Both the position numbers and the translations under genes were made by a program. This document shows positions 30,919 to 41,677 of a DNA stretch of 64,000 nucleotides, piece after piece. The stretch lies in IMG/VR virus record IMGVR_UViG_3300043436_005236, positions 1 to 64,000 of that record. One strand, given 5' to 3'. Position 1 is the stretch's first letter, and every line of letters starts with the position of its first letter. This DNA is from a virus. Under the pieces are notes generated by a model. It was not told the origin of the DNA. It worked only from the letters and a program-made list of their open reading frames with translations, and did no database searches.

Positions 30919-33012
30919 TTATTTAATGAGATCTAAGCCTTTATACAATGCGTTAGATAAGAGATTAGCTATTACACCGTCTTTTTCTGACCACTGGTTA
31001 TACGAGGAGGCAGTATATTGTAACGTTGTATTAAAATCATTAAAATTAATAATACCGTCTTTTATTGACCCTTCGATTCTAGGTATATACTTGTAGAAAA
31101 AATAATAATTGCTTATTGCTGCACCGTAGCCATCCTCAGGTAAGACAAGACCCCAGCCCCATATATCTTCATAGTCTCTTATTTTATACTCAACAATACC
31201 TGGCTTAAATACTTTCATTGGCTGGTTAGTATTAAGCTTAGTATAAACACCGCTAAACCGCTCATATGCAACAATAGATTCACCAGGCGTAATAATATCG
31301 CTTACGGTAATTTCATCGCCGAGATTATAGCCATAGATATCATTATTTATATAGCCGTGTGAATTAAAACTTTCACTAAATTTGTTCTGAGTACCAAATA
31401 ATTTAGTTTGTTTTATTGATAAAAGGTCTACTAACCTAGAAAAGTTACCAGGGTATCGATAATTTACACTATTAAACCGTCTATCTTGTATGTTCAACTC
31501 TTTAACAATCGATAGAAACTTGTCAATATTTGCATAATCGACAATAGAATTATTATCAACGAAATTTTTAATTTTTTCATACGTTAGTTTACCTATTGAT
31601 GTTTGATCTGAACTTAAAGTACCAAATATATTTTGAATATATTCATCAAAAAGTATTTTTTGATCTAAAAATAGAGACTGAAAAGAAATATCTTTAAATT
31701 TTTGGGTAAAATCGATATCTTCCCCCTTTTTGGCGATATTATATATTCCTGATTCCGGGTATATATTAAAGCTATTTGAAATACCCGTAAGCGGAACTGT
31801 ACCTTGTAAAAAAGACGCTGGTACGAAAGCAGATATATACGCATTACTTACTGTTTGAGATGTTGAAAGACGACAGGCACCCTTATAAAAACCACCAGAC
31901 GATAATTCCGGTAGCGTATAAGAGAGATCTGTGAAGATTGCAGGATATACCCGCGTACCGTCTGTTAATGTTAGATTTATATCAGTTAATACAGGTAAAT
32001 TCTTCAACGTAAAGTTCTGACCATCCTTTACCCTCACAACAAAACTAATATCTGTATTACTAAATTTATTTTTATTAATAGTAAAAACGGTATCAGTATT
32101 ATTTTCTTTATCTATCCCGTTAGCGGTTATAGAAAGATGACTAAAATCTTCATTATTCACAATCTTCGTACTTACACCAACTGTTGTTGTGTTAAAAGCT
32201 GGTAACAGCATTGACGGCTGATAACCAAAAAACAAATTAACAGCGTTAGTTGGTAGATCGCTCTTAAAATAAACATCGCGATATCCAGACGTGCCACAGA
32301 AAAACGCGCCACGATCAGCCTTACTGCAATTTACTATTTCAGTGTTAGAAAGTCGACAGTATAACGGCGTAGAAGTCGTTTCAAAAGAATTTATTTCTAC
32401 GAACTCTGTTAACCCTTTTAACCCTGTAAGCAGCAAGTAAAAAGAAGAGTATGGGTAAAGATGACCGTAATGCTTTTTATCAGCGCCTATATCAAAAAAA
32501 TTATTAGTAGCTCCAGACGCGTAAGGTGTTATTGTTAGTCTGGGGATACCATTTTCATATGTTTGATACGAAGTAGATCGCATTACTGTAATAGGGTTAG
32601 CATATTTACCAGATGTAAGGTATGCACTAGCTGTATAATTACCTGTTAGAGTAATAGCATCTGTTATATAATTCTTTACATCAACACGCTGTGTAAAAGA
32701 GTCGTAATAGCTATTACCATCCCTATCATATAAGTAACATGTTACTTCATATTTACCGGGATAACGATACGAATGACGACCAGTGATAGCTTCACTTACA
32801 GTATTATCACCAAAATCCCAAACAATTCTCTTACGCGACAGTATATCTTCAACGTCATTTAAGCGCGGTCTAAAAATAAACCCTGCAAATGGCAAAGCGT
32901 AACTACTTGCTGCTTCTTTTCCAGTATAATTATACGTATTAAAGAAAGAATAAACCGTATTTATATCCCCGCTTTTTTCATACTGAAAATTATTAAAAAA
33001 TACAGACGCCAT
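30919..33012 (-). CDS. PKD-domain baseplate-associated protein
   Basis: WDFGD...HSYRYPGKYEVT PKD motif; directly downstream of gp6, in the position of a wedge subunit. Confidence 0.6.
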   Translation of the reverse strand: MASVFFNNFQYEKSGDINTVYSFFNTYNYTGKEAASSYALPFAGFIFRPRLNDVEDILSRKRIVWDFGDNTVSEAITGRHSYRYPGKYEVTCYLYDRDGNSYYDSFTQRVDVKNYITDAITLTGNYTASAYLTSGKYANPITVMRSTSYQTYENGIPRLTITPYASGATNNFFDIGADKKHYGHLYPYSSFYLLLTGLKGLTEFVEINSFETTSTPLYCRLSNTEIVNCSKADRGAFFCGTSGYRDVYFKSDLPTNAVNLFFGYQPSMLLPAFNTTTVGVSTKIVNNEDFSHLSITANGIDKENNTDTVFTINKNKFSNTDISFVVRVKDGQNFTLKNLPVLTDINLTLTDGTRVYPAIFTDLSYTLPELSSGGFYKGACRLSTSQTVSNAYISAFVPASFLQGTVPLTGISNSFNIYPESGIYNIAKKGEDIDFTQKFKDISFQSLFLDQKILFDEYIQNIFGTLSSDQTSIGKLTYEKIKNFVDNNSIVDYANIDKFLSIVKELNIQDRRFNSVNYRYPGNFSRLVDLLSIKQTKLFGTQNKFSESFNSHGYINNDIYGYNLGDEITVSDIITPGESIVAYERFSGVYTKLNTNQPMKVFKPGIVEYKIRDYEDIWGWGLVLPEDGYGAAISNYYFFYKYIPRIEGSIKDGIINFNDFNTTLQYTASSYNQWSEKDGVIANLLSNALYKGLDLIK

Positions 33013-33041
33013 GTATATATATTTATCACACTCTACCTGTA

Positions 33042-34895
33042 TTAGACTGTTTCAACTACTATACTATTTGCAAGTTTAGATATTTCGTAAAAATAACCAA
33101 ATTGAAAGCGAGATAATTGTATATTTTGCGACGTACAAAATATATCGCTTGTTTCGTAAAGAGGATTCCACACTACACAACTTATAAGAGGCACCTCATA
33201 ATTTACATCTGTACGCCTCGTTGCAATACCCACAACACCCGGTATATTGAGTATATTGTTGCTTATCTTAGTCAAATCTACAATCGATCCTAGCTTTATA
33301 TCTTCAAACGCCTGTTTAAATATTTTTAAGACAGTATTCTTAATAGAAACATCATTAATAGCAATATTTGTATCTCGTTTAATTACAAGCTTGGTGTAAT
33401 CTTTTAACTCAACGCACGGCACTTCATTTATAATATTAACACCTAGGTTAAACGCTTTATATACAGGATCTGACGGTACAATATTGTGTGTAATATCTTT
33501 TATTAAATTACATTCATTAAGCAGTAATTGTTTTTGTGCAGAATTTAAATAGTTTGGTATCCTTTCATTTAGTATTGTTGCTTGAGCAGGGACAGCAAAT
33601 ATATATACATTATTAAACTGCGTCGAATTGGAGTAGTTTACCTGATTAATGAGCACTCTACTATTATTATTAGGTTTAGTCAGACCAATACTATAAAAAT
33701 ACTTAAGATACTGACTTGCATGCTCGTCGTTAGATAAAACTGAAATAGATTTAACTACATTATTAAAATTTTTAGATACAAAGCTTTCATAATCGTCACG
33801 AGTCACTAGACGATTTTGTAATGAAAACATTTTCGGGGCATTTGTCCTTATATCCGCTACACTTTCTGCAGGCACTACAGGTGTTGCGTCGCTAGGGTTA
33901 TTAATAACAATATTTTCTGTGTTTAACGGTGTAATAAAAGTAGTAGTATCAGGATACACATCAGCTAATATCTGATCATAGGTCGGTGTTGTAAACACGA
34001 TAAAAGAAGCTCCTTGCAAAGTATTAGCACTTACAACACCAGCAATATTATCCGAAACAATATAATATATTTGTACAAGATCACCCTCTTTTAGTTTTTT
34101 ACCGTTCAGCCCATTACCGAATTTAAATTCATAATTTCCATATTCATTTAAACGCTTTTCATATCTTGTCCCCGTCGATGATTCAAGATATAACGACGAT
34201 GTTTCTTTCCATTCTCGCCAGACACCGGTATCAATACTTCTAACAAAAATAGTAAACGAATTATCTGCAATAAAGGGTATATTATCTAAGTTATCCAATA
34301 CACGGTCAGGGGCCGGTCGTTCGTTCACTATAGATACCGTTTCGAATGGTTCTCCAGTTGCAGTATAGAGTGGATATTCTACAGGAGACCCCTGATATAA
34401 CGTAGTATTATCCGCTGCTACACGTTCGAAATCATTATTCGTCTTTTCAAAAGAGATATCTCTTACGCTTGCATACTTTGTATTGTTTTTTGTTACGTAT
34501 GAGAGCTTAGGTATTGTATAAAGGTTAGGAGAAAGATTTGAAAGAGCAGATAATGAAATAGTTGCGAGCGATGTCTGCCGACCGATAGGCTTATAGTTAA
34601 TATTTGATACTAACTTGTTTATATTTTCATAAAGTGTCGCGGTTGTAAACGTAGATTCAGATGACGTTGTGTTTAAATAAAACAATAACACATGATACAT
34701 ATACGCAACAATATCAATAAATGCGTTTATGTTTGAACCCTCAAAGTTTTGATCCTGAAAAACACCACTTTCATTTAACCTCTTTATAATTAAATTCTTG
34801 AGAGTCGTAGCATCAAACGTTGCATATGCATCATGCGAGAGATTATACTCAGTAAAGTTACTAATATTCATATTTTTAGACAAAAGTGTATCCAT
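33042..34895 (-). CDS. gp6: Baseplate wedge subunit, T4 gp6-like
   Basis: FQDQNFEGSNI...YLNTTSSESTFTTATL; FKFGNG..GK; ESVADIRTNAP...QNRLVTRDDYE. Confidence 0.9.
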   Translation of the reverse strand: MDTLLSKNMNISNFTEYNLSHDAYATFDATTLKNLIIKRLNESGVFQDQNFEGSNINAFIDIVAYMYHVLLFYLNTTSSESTFTTATLYENINKLVSNINYKPIGRQTSLATISLSALSNLSPNLYTIPKLSYVTKNNTKYASVRDISFEKTNNDFERVAADNTTLYQGSPVEYPLYTATGEPFETVSIVNERPAPDRVLDNLDNIPFIADNSFTIFVRSIDTGVWREWKETSSLYLESSTGTRYEKRLNEYGNYEFKFGNGLNGKKLKEGDLVQIYYIVSDNIAGVVSANTLQGASFIVFTTPTYDQILADVYPDTTTFITPLNTENIVINNPSDATPVVPAESVADIRTNAPKMFSLQNRLVTRDDYESFVSKNFNNVVKSISVLSNDEHASQYLKYFYSIGLTKPNNNSRVLINQVNYSNSTQFNNVYIFAVPAQATILNERIPNYLNSAQKQLLLNECNLIKDITHNIVPSDPVYKAFNLGVNIINEVPCVELKDYTKLVIKRDTNIAINDVSIKNTVLKIFKQAFEDIKLGSIVDLTKISNNILNIPGVVGIATRRTDVNYEVPLISCVVWNPLYETSDIFCTSQNIQLSRFQFGYFYEISKLANSIVVETV

Positions 34896-35361
34896 CGTTA
34901 TTTAATACACCTTTTAAAGATATATTAAAAACATTTAAAGTTGGGATAGTTATTTCAATAGTTATTATGTATTCCATATCCTCAGGAGCAGCAACAATAT
35001 CAACGCTCTCGACTGTTATACGAGGCTCTTGTTCTCCCAAGCCATATAATATACGCTCGCCAATAAAAAACGCTCTTGTTTCTGTAATCGGGTCAAATAA
35101 AAACTCTCGTAAGTCAAGACCAAAGAGCGGATTTAATAGTTTTTGACCTGGTGATGTTGTAAGAATATTTTTAATAGAATTAATAATTGCAGAACTATCA
35201 TATATTGCAGCAATATCTTTGTTGGTTTCTTTGCTATGGAGCTCCGGTCTAGTAATATTAGACTGCTTAATATCAAACAATACATCCTTATAGAGGTAAC
35301 CTGCTTTGAGAGCTTCCTCTATGCGCGTACTAGGTTTAATAATATCGAGCTTAATAGCCAT
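34876..35361 (-). CDS. gp25: Baseplate wedge/sheath initiator, gp25-like
   Basis: AIINSIKNILTTSPGQKLLNPLFGLDLREFLFDP...EPRITV. Confidence 0.9.
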   Translation of the reverse strand: MAIKLDIIKPSTRIEEALKAGYLYKDVLFDIKQSNITRPELHSKETNKDIAAIYDSSAIINSIKNILTTSPGQKLLNPLFGLDLREFLFDPITETRAFFIGERILYGLGEQEPRITVESVDIVAAPEDMEYIITIEITIPTLNVFNISLKGVLNNDGYTFV

Positions 35362-35419
35362 TTACATATTATTTAATCCCGCAACTTATTTAAGCTTTTA
35401 CGTGTAGTTTTAACTTGAA

Positions 35420-35692
35420 TTACCAGTTCTTACACGAGTAATACCGAGCGGTTCCTGGTTTAGCTGTAGAACATTTATGTCTCGCTCTAAACGACTTACG
35501 CTTTTTAGGATTTGATTTTTTAATTCTTAAATTAGGGTCACCATAGTGTATTCTCTTGAGCTTGCCTTTAACTCGTACACATCTCATATATTTTTTATCA
35601 GATCTGGTTGAAGATTGCTGACCTGTTACCTTCGTACACCGACCAGCTGCTTTTTCAGTAAGTATTTCTTGTACAAGACGGTCAAATTCCAT
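35420..35692 (-). CDS. Small basic conserved phage protein
   Basis: IHYGDPNL...KRKSFRARHKC...ARYYSCKNW, a motif recurrent in aquatic T4-like phages; TAAATA upstream. Confidence 0.65.
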   Translation of the reverse strand: MEFDRLVQEILTEKAAGRCTKVTGQQSSTRSDKKYMRCVRVKGKLKRIHYGDPNLRIKKSNPKKRKSFRARHKCSTAKPGTARYYSCKNW

Positions 35693-35724
35693 ATATTTAT
35701 TTATTGGTTTGTATAAATAATAGT
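35693..35724. promoter_or_regulatory. Back-to-back late promoters
   Basis: TAAATA on the minus strand (35694-35703, two overlapping copies) and TATAAATA on plus (35712-35719), 5 nt before ATG 35725. Confidence 0.7.
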
Positions 35725-36306
35725 ATGGCTAGAGCAAAGAAATTTTTAACACTATTTGAAGCGTATTTTTCTCGCTACGAGCGTGGTGGGTTCTTGGTAG
35801 GCGATGTTTTTAAATTTAACGACAATTTTAAATCATCAGAAAACTATAAAAAGTTAGGTCAAAATACAAAAGACATGATTGATCAAATGATTGAAGCTGG
35901 TCTTCATATTAGGGTAACGGGAATTAAAGACTCTACATCTCCAAGATATCCCGGCAATCCGCAGACAAGCTCAAATGATGTAGAATTAACACTCGCACTT
36001 GATAACGGCGGTGGTAGATACACGCATTATGTTAATATTTCGCCTGAATTAGGAACTCCTAATACTTTTTACCCCAACTTACCACCGATTCCCGACGGTG
36101 CTAAGAGACCAAACAACACGCACATAGTTCCTACTGAGGTTGAGCAACAAGACAATATCGCTAATAAGACAGATAGAGGTGATGGTAAACTAAGCGACAC
36201 AAATATTTCTACACCTGATAAAAATACAACAATTCCATCAAAGCCTATAACACCTTCACCAGCTGTTGCTTCTTATACCCACGAATATATGGCAGGTATT
36301 AGCTAA
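35725..36306 (+). CDS. Hypothetical late protein (start re-assigned to ATG 35725)
   Basis: MARAKKFLTLFEAY...; perfect late box 5 nt upstream. Confidence 0.65.
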   Translation: MARAKKFLTLFEAYFSRYERGGFLVGDVFKFNDNFKSSENYKKLGQNTKDMIDQMIEAGLHIRVTGIKDSTSPRYPGNPQTSSNDVELTLALDNGGGRYTHYVNISPELGTPNTFYPNLPPIPDGAKRPNNTHIVPTEVEQQDNIANKTDRGDGKLSDTNISTPDKNTTIPSKPITPSPAVASYTHEYMAGIS

Positions 36307-37222
36307 TACGTTCTAAATTAATCCAACAAGCAAAGCAGTTAATTTCTTTATCAAGAACGAACGCGCTTTTATAGAGATGATCAGCGATAACAGCGATCAT
36401 CTCTTTCTTTTTAAGATCTTGTACAGGTTGATTGTATAGATAGTTAAGATAATCACGCATCAACGTATCATAGTCGCCGTAGAATGTATTTTCGTTTTCA
36501 ATAAGGAACTTTCTCAGTGAAATAACATCCTTTTCATTAATAGCAGTATAAATCGCTTTAAGTAGAGTATTATCTACATTAATATTGGTAATAGCTAATG
36601 AGCCACTAATACAATTCTTTTGAATTTCATTAATAGCCTTACGAAGATCGGGAAAATTAGCCTTCACAAGCTCAACAAACTTCTTCTTCTGTGCATCATC
36701 TATTTCAATACCTTCTTGTTTAAGAATACCGTAAATTCTCTTTACACCGTCTTCTAGTGTGGGCTTGATATCAAGAAACTGACATCTCGACTGTAGTGCG
36801 GGGATGATCTTATGCTTATAATTAGCTGTAAGAATGAACCGAGTATACTTAGCAAAAGACTCCATCGTATTACGAAGAGCTGCCTGTGCTTGACTCGTAA
36901 GACCATCGCACTCATCTAGAATAACCACCTTAACTTTACCATCAAACGACTTAGTTTGTGAGAAATTAGTAACTTTATGTCTAATAGTATCGATACCTGA
37001 CTCATCAGATGCATTAATATATAAGAAATTGCACTTAAGAATATCATTTACAATAATTTTCGCTAGCGTTGTCTTACCTGTACCTGGTGTACCAACAAAT
37101 AATAGGTTAGGAATCTCTTCCACAAACCCCTTAACAATATTTTTATTCCTTTCTGATAGAATAATACTGTCAAGAGTTTGTGGCCTATACTTCTCTACCC
37201 AAATTTTATTGAAATCTAACAT
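36299..37222 (-). CDS. gp44: Sliding-clamp loader AAA+ subunit, T4 gp44/RFC-small-like (start probably 37222)
   Basis: WVEKYRPQTL, GTPGTGKTT, INASDE.GIDTIR, ILDECD, SRC motif. Confidence 0.95.
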   Translation of the reverse strand: MLDFNKIWVEKYRPQTLDSIILSERNKNIVKGFVEEIPNLLFVGTPGTGKTTLAKIIVNDILKCNFLYINASDESGIDTIRHKVTNFSQTKSFDGKVKVVILDECDGLTSQAQAALRNTMESFAKYTRFILTANYKHKIIPALQSRCQFLDIKPTLEDGVKRIYGILKQEGIEIDDAQKKKFVELVKANFPDLRKAINEIQKNCISGSLAITNINVDNTLLKAIYTAINEKDVISLRKFLIENENTFYGDYDTLMRDYLNYLYNQPVQDLKKKEMIAVIADHLYKSAFVLDKEINCFACWINLERIS

Positions 37223-37223
37223 A

Positions 37224-37655
37224 TTATTTACCTGATGAACCAAATCCGTTTGCTCCTCTATCAGATTCTTCTGTATCACCTTCTTCTACAGCTACACTAT
37301 AGTTCCTATACACTACAAACTGCGCGATTCTATCACCAGACTTGACTTCATAATCAGTAGCAGTGTTATTATAAAGCTTAATGCCTGCATTTCCACGATA
37401 TCCGCTATCGATAATACCTGGATGAGGTGAAATACTGTGTTTGAAGCCAAGACCTGACCTTCCTTCTACTTTAACCCAGTAACCAGGGGAAATAAATGCA
37501 AATTCTAAACCTACATCTACAACAGCACTACCTCTCGCAGGAATAACCTTATCTTCTACACAATAAACATCAAACCCTGTATCAGATTCGTTATTTTTAG
37601 TAGGCAGCTTAGCATCAACGCTAGTTTTCTTAAATTTTAATGTAACTTCACTCAT
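37224..37655 (-). CDS. dut: Trimeric dUTPase
   Basis: GFDV, GRSGL, GIIDSGYRG, GDRIAQ, RGANGFGSSG motifs I-V. Confidence 0.97.
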   Translation of the reverse strand: MSEVTLKFKKTSVDAKLPTKNNESDTGFDVYCVEDKVIPARGSAVVDVGLEFAFISPGYWVKVEGRSGLGFKHSISPHPGIIDSGYRGNAGIKLYNNTATDYEVKSGDRIAQFVVYRNYSVAVEEGDTEESDRGANGFGSSGK

Positions 37656-37661
37656 AAAACT

Positions 37662-37689
37662 ATGATAATATTTGATATATAGAAATCAA
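37662..37689 (-). promoter_or_regulatory. Sigma70-like promoter for dut/clamp loader
   Basis: Minus strand TTGATT-N16-TATCAT, then 6 nt, then ATG. Confidence 0.55.
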
Positions 37690-37705
37690 GACTAAATATA
37701 CATTA

Positions 37706-38143
37706 ATGGATACAGATTTAGACGATGCTGTAAATGATATTATCTCTCAGCTAAAAAATACAACTATTTCAGCAAAAAAAGAACCTGAAGAGATACCTCT
37801 TACTAAAGACCAGCTTGAAGATTTTATTATTAAAAATTCAGGTAAACTTGTCACCAGATCACTTAACATTGTGGATGATGTTAAGGAATATGTCGCTTCA
37901 GCTCCCGATGCAAAGGATGTAGCAGCATTAGCTGAACTGATATCTGCAACATCTTCTGCAATAGAAACTCTCAATAAAGTATATATCTCTGACGAGAAAA
38001 ACAAAACACAAGTTCAGGTAAAGCAAATGGATATAGAGTCAAGAGAGAGAATTAATATAACAGATAACAAGACAAAAATTCTCCTTTCGAGAGAGGATAT
38101 AATGAAAGCTATTGTTGATAATAATAATGTTGTAGATGTTTAA
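37706..38143 (+). CDS. Possible small terminase subunit (gp16-like helical protein)
   Basis: 145 aa, predicted two long helices (AALAELISATSSAIETLNK) and short C-terminal strand/helix as in gp16; TAAATA 7 nt upstream; similarity is weak. Confidence 0.35.
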   Translation: MDTDLDDAVNDIISQLKNTTISAKKEPEEIPLTKDQLEDFIIKNSGKLVTRSLNIVDDVKEYVASAPDAKDVAALAELISATSSAIETLNKVYISDEKNKTQVQVKQMDIESRERINITDNKTKILLSREDIMKAIVDNNNVVDV

Positions 38144-40341
38144 GCGAAAGCTTGTCGCAACCATGCCGGTGTACGGCCGCTACCACCTGGTTTATGATCT
38201 CCCCATGTAACTGCTCCGCTACCTGCAGGTACGCTATTGCCCCATGACATATCGATATGTAATCCTACAGCGCCCATGTAACCTGGTCCCATTCCCGCAC
38301 CTGTACAGCCAGCTTGCTTAGCTGCACGTACAAATTCCGATAAAATAGGTATATCATCAGGGTTACGGCAATTTAACTGCTTACCATTAGAATACAACCA
38401 TACATCAGCAGCCCAACCATCATTATGTCTATTTGATCCGGTTCTACGATACTGATCCTGTCCACCGCTATATATAACAACATCTACTTTAGAGGTGTTT
38501 GCTGCTTGCTGTATAGCATTAAACAATCTCGGTTGTAATGGTTTATTTCTTGTAGAAGAAGCGAAGCTTTGCGAATACTTAACATTACCAGACCCCGTAC
38601 CTGTTGTATATGATGCGGTTTTCTTTTGTAGTAACTGCATTATCTCACCTTCAGTACCAATCGCAAACCTGAACTTCATTGGACCGGCATTTGTATGTGA
38701 TTTGTATTTTGTCTCTTTCCATGCACCATATGTCGTAGTCGACGGTGAAGCGAAATCCTTACCTGTCACTTTTTTCCACGCATATGGTGTAAACTTAACA
38801 CGAGACATCTTATCGCTTTCTGAGCAATCAATCATCTGTACTAATGTAGTTTTGTTATTAATCGTTATAACGCCCCAAACTTTATTTTGCTGCTGTAAAG
38901 CTTTAATTTTAGAATATTCAATCGACTGGTTACCAACGCCTAAAAGCTTATTAATAACCGTTAAGCCTAAAGACACACCGTGGTTCATTGAACCGGTTAT
39001 TTTATTAAGGTTTTCGTTTGTTTTATTGCCTTGCGCGTATAATGATGCGTATCCTTTTGTAAAGTTAGCGGGTAGTTTTTTCTTTTCGAGAGCATCTTGC
39101 AATAAAACAGCTTCTGTTATACCAGATTTAATCGGTGTAATAACTTCACCTATATTAGCAATACCAGCTATTTGTTCACTACCTGTTGTTTTTTGCTCCA
39201 GGTTAATATCCTCGACATGTACAGTTTTTGCTTTTTCATCCAACCACGCTCCAAAAACTGTATAGCTATATGGGGCATCAGGTGAGAACTCTAGAGTAAC
39301 TTCGTTTGTTAAGGCTGTATTTCCGTCCCAAGGCTTGACTTCTATATCGTTCGAAGCTCCAGCAACACCTAACGCCTGATCAACTCCCATAGGTAGTGGG
39401 TTACCTGTTGTTTGTCCGTTAGGTAACTGATCATATGCGTTTCCGTTAACATTGTTACCGCGAATATCAGCAGGTGTGCTCTTGTTTTGATTGCTAGAGT
39501 AAGGATTATACTGACTTTCATGCTCCATTTTTCGTGAACATCCGCCAAGATCGCCCATAATGCTCGCCATTATATTCGTAGACGAAAAACTTAAAGATGC
39601 AAACGCGTTTATGTCTGGTGTAAATAAATGACCTGAAGGTTTATCTCTTAGTGTTCCACTGGTTGCTTGCTTAGCTAGTTCTTCCGCTGTTTTCTTTCCC
39701 ATTACCGTGTTACACACATCGCCCCACGCTGCGGTAGTCGCTTGTGAAAGTCGCACAAAAGCGCCCTGAAATATTTCAGGTACTTTGTTCATAATAGTCG
39801 TATCCATGCCCGATGTTATGTTCGACATCTGACCTTTAAGACTACCAACGGGTAAAATAGTACTTTCTGTTAAAGCTGGCGCGACTTGTGTTATTAGACC
39901 AACACTGTTAGATGTTGGGGAAAATAAATTACACGGTGAATTCAAACAATCCTTAAGAGCGTTTTTAAGAAGACTGGCAAAATCACGACTAGCGTCACTA
40001 CCACCGCCACCGATTGTTGTTAGTTCGTCAAGATTGTAATATATAAACTTAAGACGCTCTATTTCCGGATCAAAAACCGGATAATTATACATTTTTTTTG
40101 TCCAAAATTTTACTGTATATGGATCAAATATACCACTGCAAAGAGCTAATGTATTGGTGAAGTTTGTTGCTGCTTCTTTATCACCATTTATACCACGATT
40201 AAAATTAATAGCGAGATCTATCTCTGGCCCGAGTATAGGATCATCGATCAGATCACAAAAAGGTGAACTGTTTTTAATAAAATCTCTACTAATTGCATAA
40301 CCGAAGAGCTTATCAGCGAAATTAGTACTATATATTAGCAT
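38140..40341 (-). CDS. Baseplate hub/tail-tip protein with C-terminal M15-like Zn peptidase
   Basis: SNRHNDGWAADV...LHIDM (SxH-x6-D...H); follows the gp27-like hub gene. Confidence 0.65.
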   Translation of the reverse strand: MLIYSTNFADKLFGYAISRDFIKNSSPFCDLIDDPILGPEIDLAINFNRGINGDKEAATNFTNTLALCSGIFDPYTVKFWTKKMYNYPVFDPEIERLKFIYYNLDELTTIGGGGSDASRDFASLLKNALKDCLNSPCNLFSPTSNSVGLITQVAPALTESTILPVGSLKGQMSNITSGMDTTIMNKVPEIFQGAFVRLSQATTAAWGDVCNTVMGKKTAEELAKQATSGTLRDKPSGHLFTPDINAFASLSFSSTNIMASIMGDLGGCSRKMEHESQYNPYSSNQNKSTPADIRGNNVNGNAYDQLPNGQTTGNPLPMGVDQALGVAGASNDIEVKPWDGNTALTNEVTLEFSPDAPYSYTVFGAWLDEKAKTVHVEDINLEQKTTGSEQIAGIANIGEVITPIKSGITEAVLLQDALEKKKLPANFTKGYASLYAQGNKTNENLNKITGSMNHGVSLGLTVINKLLGVGNQSIEYSKIKALQQQNKVWGVITINNKTTLVQMIDCSESDKMSRVKFTPYAWKKVTGKDFASPSTTTYGAWKETKYKSHTNAGPMKFRFAIGTEGEIMQLLQKKTASYTTGTGSGNVKYSQSFASSTRNKPLQPRLFNAIQQAANTSKVDVVIYSGGQDQYRRTGSNRHNDGWAADVWLYSNGKQLNCRNPDDIPILSEFVRAAKQAGCTGAGMGPGYMGAVGLHIDMSWGNSVPAGSGAVTWGDHKPGGSGRTPAWLRQAFA

Positions 40342-40345
40342 ATGT

Positions 40346-41677
40346 TTATTTAGTAAGAGTGAAAAATTTCACAGCAATTATTTCATTTGTATATAGAGCT
40401 TCTTCAAAAATATGTCGCACTGAAGTAACATACCAGAGACCAGTTAGCTCCGAATCGTTGCCTTTTTTATTAAAATCATTTATACCAATAAACATACCCG
40501 GTTTCCGAAACGTATTACCTGTTACCTTAAAAGATATTGCGGTGTTATCAAAAATAAAACTCCTGAACGTCGAACATTTAACATCGATAAGATTTAAATT
40601 TTGACCATCTTCTACAGGAAATTGACCAGGAATTGCTGTATATTTTAACGTGTCTTTTTTTTCAGTTAATTCATTACGCGTTGGTAAGTTTGATTTTTTT
40701 CCTCCACATACTATTTTTTCAAACTCTAATTTTAAATCATCATATAACAATACCCCATTATCGTTTATATTTATATCTTTTGCAGAATGCTGCGTTAAGG
40801 TATAGTTAAGCCATTTCTTCGCAAACAAATCCGTATAATTAGGTCTATCAAGATCATACTCTTGAATTTTTGTTTCGCGTAAATCTACTTTATTCGATTC
40901 AAGCGGTGATATGGTAAAGGTTTCCGAGACATATGTCGCTAGTGATTGATTACTTTCAACAGCACGGATAAGATTTTTTGTTGTTTCGCCAATTAAAGAT
41001 GATGTAAATACTCGCTTTCCAGATTTATTCCTTAGCTGCACTAAGCCAGGCCCGTGGTCGTTATTAAAGAGAAGCTTGTTATATTTTTCTACTGCGGTAT
41101 AATAAGTATCTCCATTTGTAACAATACCCGGTATTGCTTTTGGTGTACCGGTAGTTCTTACCTCACCCTTTGTACCACCCGTACCAGCACCATATGTCAA
41201 AGTATTCATTAGTACATCGCTAATAGTAGTACCGTTACCTAATTTACTATTACCCGAGTCACAATTTTGTTGTTTGAGCTGACAAATTTGAGACTCTTCA
41301 AAATCATAATGTAATTTTTTTGCGACAGTATTTTTAGTTTTTTCTTGACTTTGCTGCAGCTGTACCGCAGCAATAATCGAAGTTTCATCAGGATTTTTTC
41401 CACCAAAATCATTATTTACTATTTTTATAGTAAGTAAAGGTGGGTTTTTATTTGCTCCAGAATTAAGCCCTAAATCACTTAAAACATTAAAAGAATTATT
41501 AAAGACAGCCTTACCATAAACGCCAATATTTGCTAAATTATCAATAATTTCAAGGTAAGAAAGACCATCCATAGGTATTGCAGAGCCGGTACCGCCAGAA
41601 CCGAACTGTTCTTTATCTACAAAAACATTAAGATCGAAAGTATAAACACTATTTCCAATATTAGACTGATAACTCAT
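40346..41677 (-). CDS. Baseplate hub protein, gp27/gpD-like
   Basis: C-terminal VTGNTFRKPG...LTGLWYVTSVRHIF...YTNEIIAVK. Confidence 0.75.
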   Translation of the reverse strand: MSYQSNIGNSVYTFDLNVFVDKEQFGSGGTGSAIPMDGLSYLEIIDNLANIGVYGKAVFNNSFNVLSDLGLNSGANKNPPLLTIKIVNNDFGGKNPDETSIIAAVQLQQSQEKTKNTVAKKLHYDFEESQICQLKQQNCDSGNSKLGNGTTISDVLMNTLTYGAGTGGTKGEVRTTGTPKAIPGIVTNGDTYYTAVEKYNKLLFNNDHGPGLVQLRNKSGKRVFTSSLIGETTKNLIRAVESNQSLATYVSETFTISPLESNKVDLRETKIQEYDLDRPNYTDLFAKKWLNYTLTQHSAKDININDNGVLLYDDLKLEFEKIVCGGKKSNLPTRNELTEKKDTLKYTAIPGQFPVEDGQNLNLIDVKCSTFRSFIFDNTAISFKVTGNTFRKPGMFIGINDFNKKGNDSELTGLWYVTSVRHIFEEALYTNEIIAVKFFTLTK

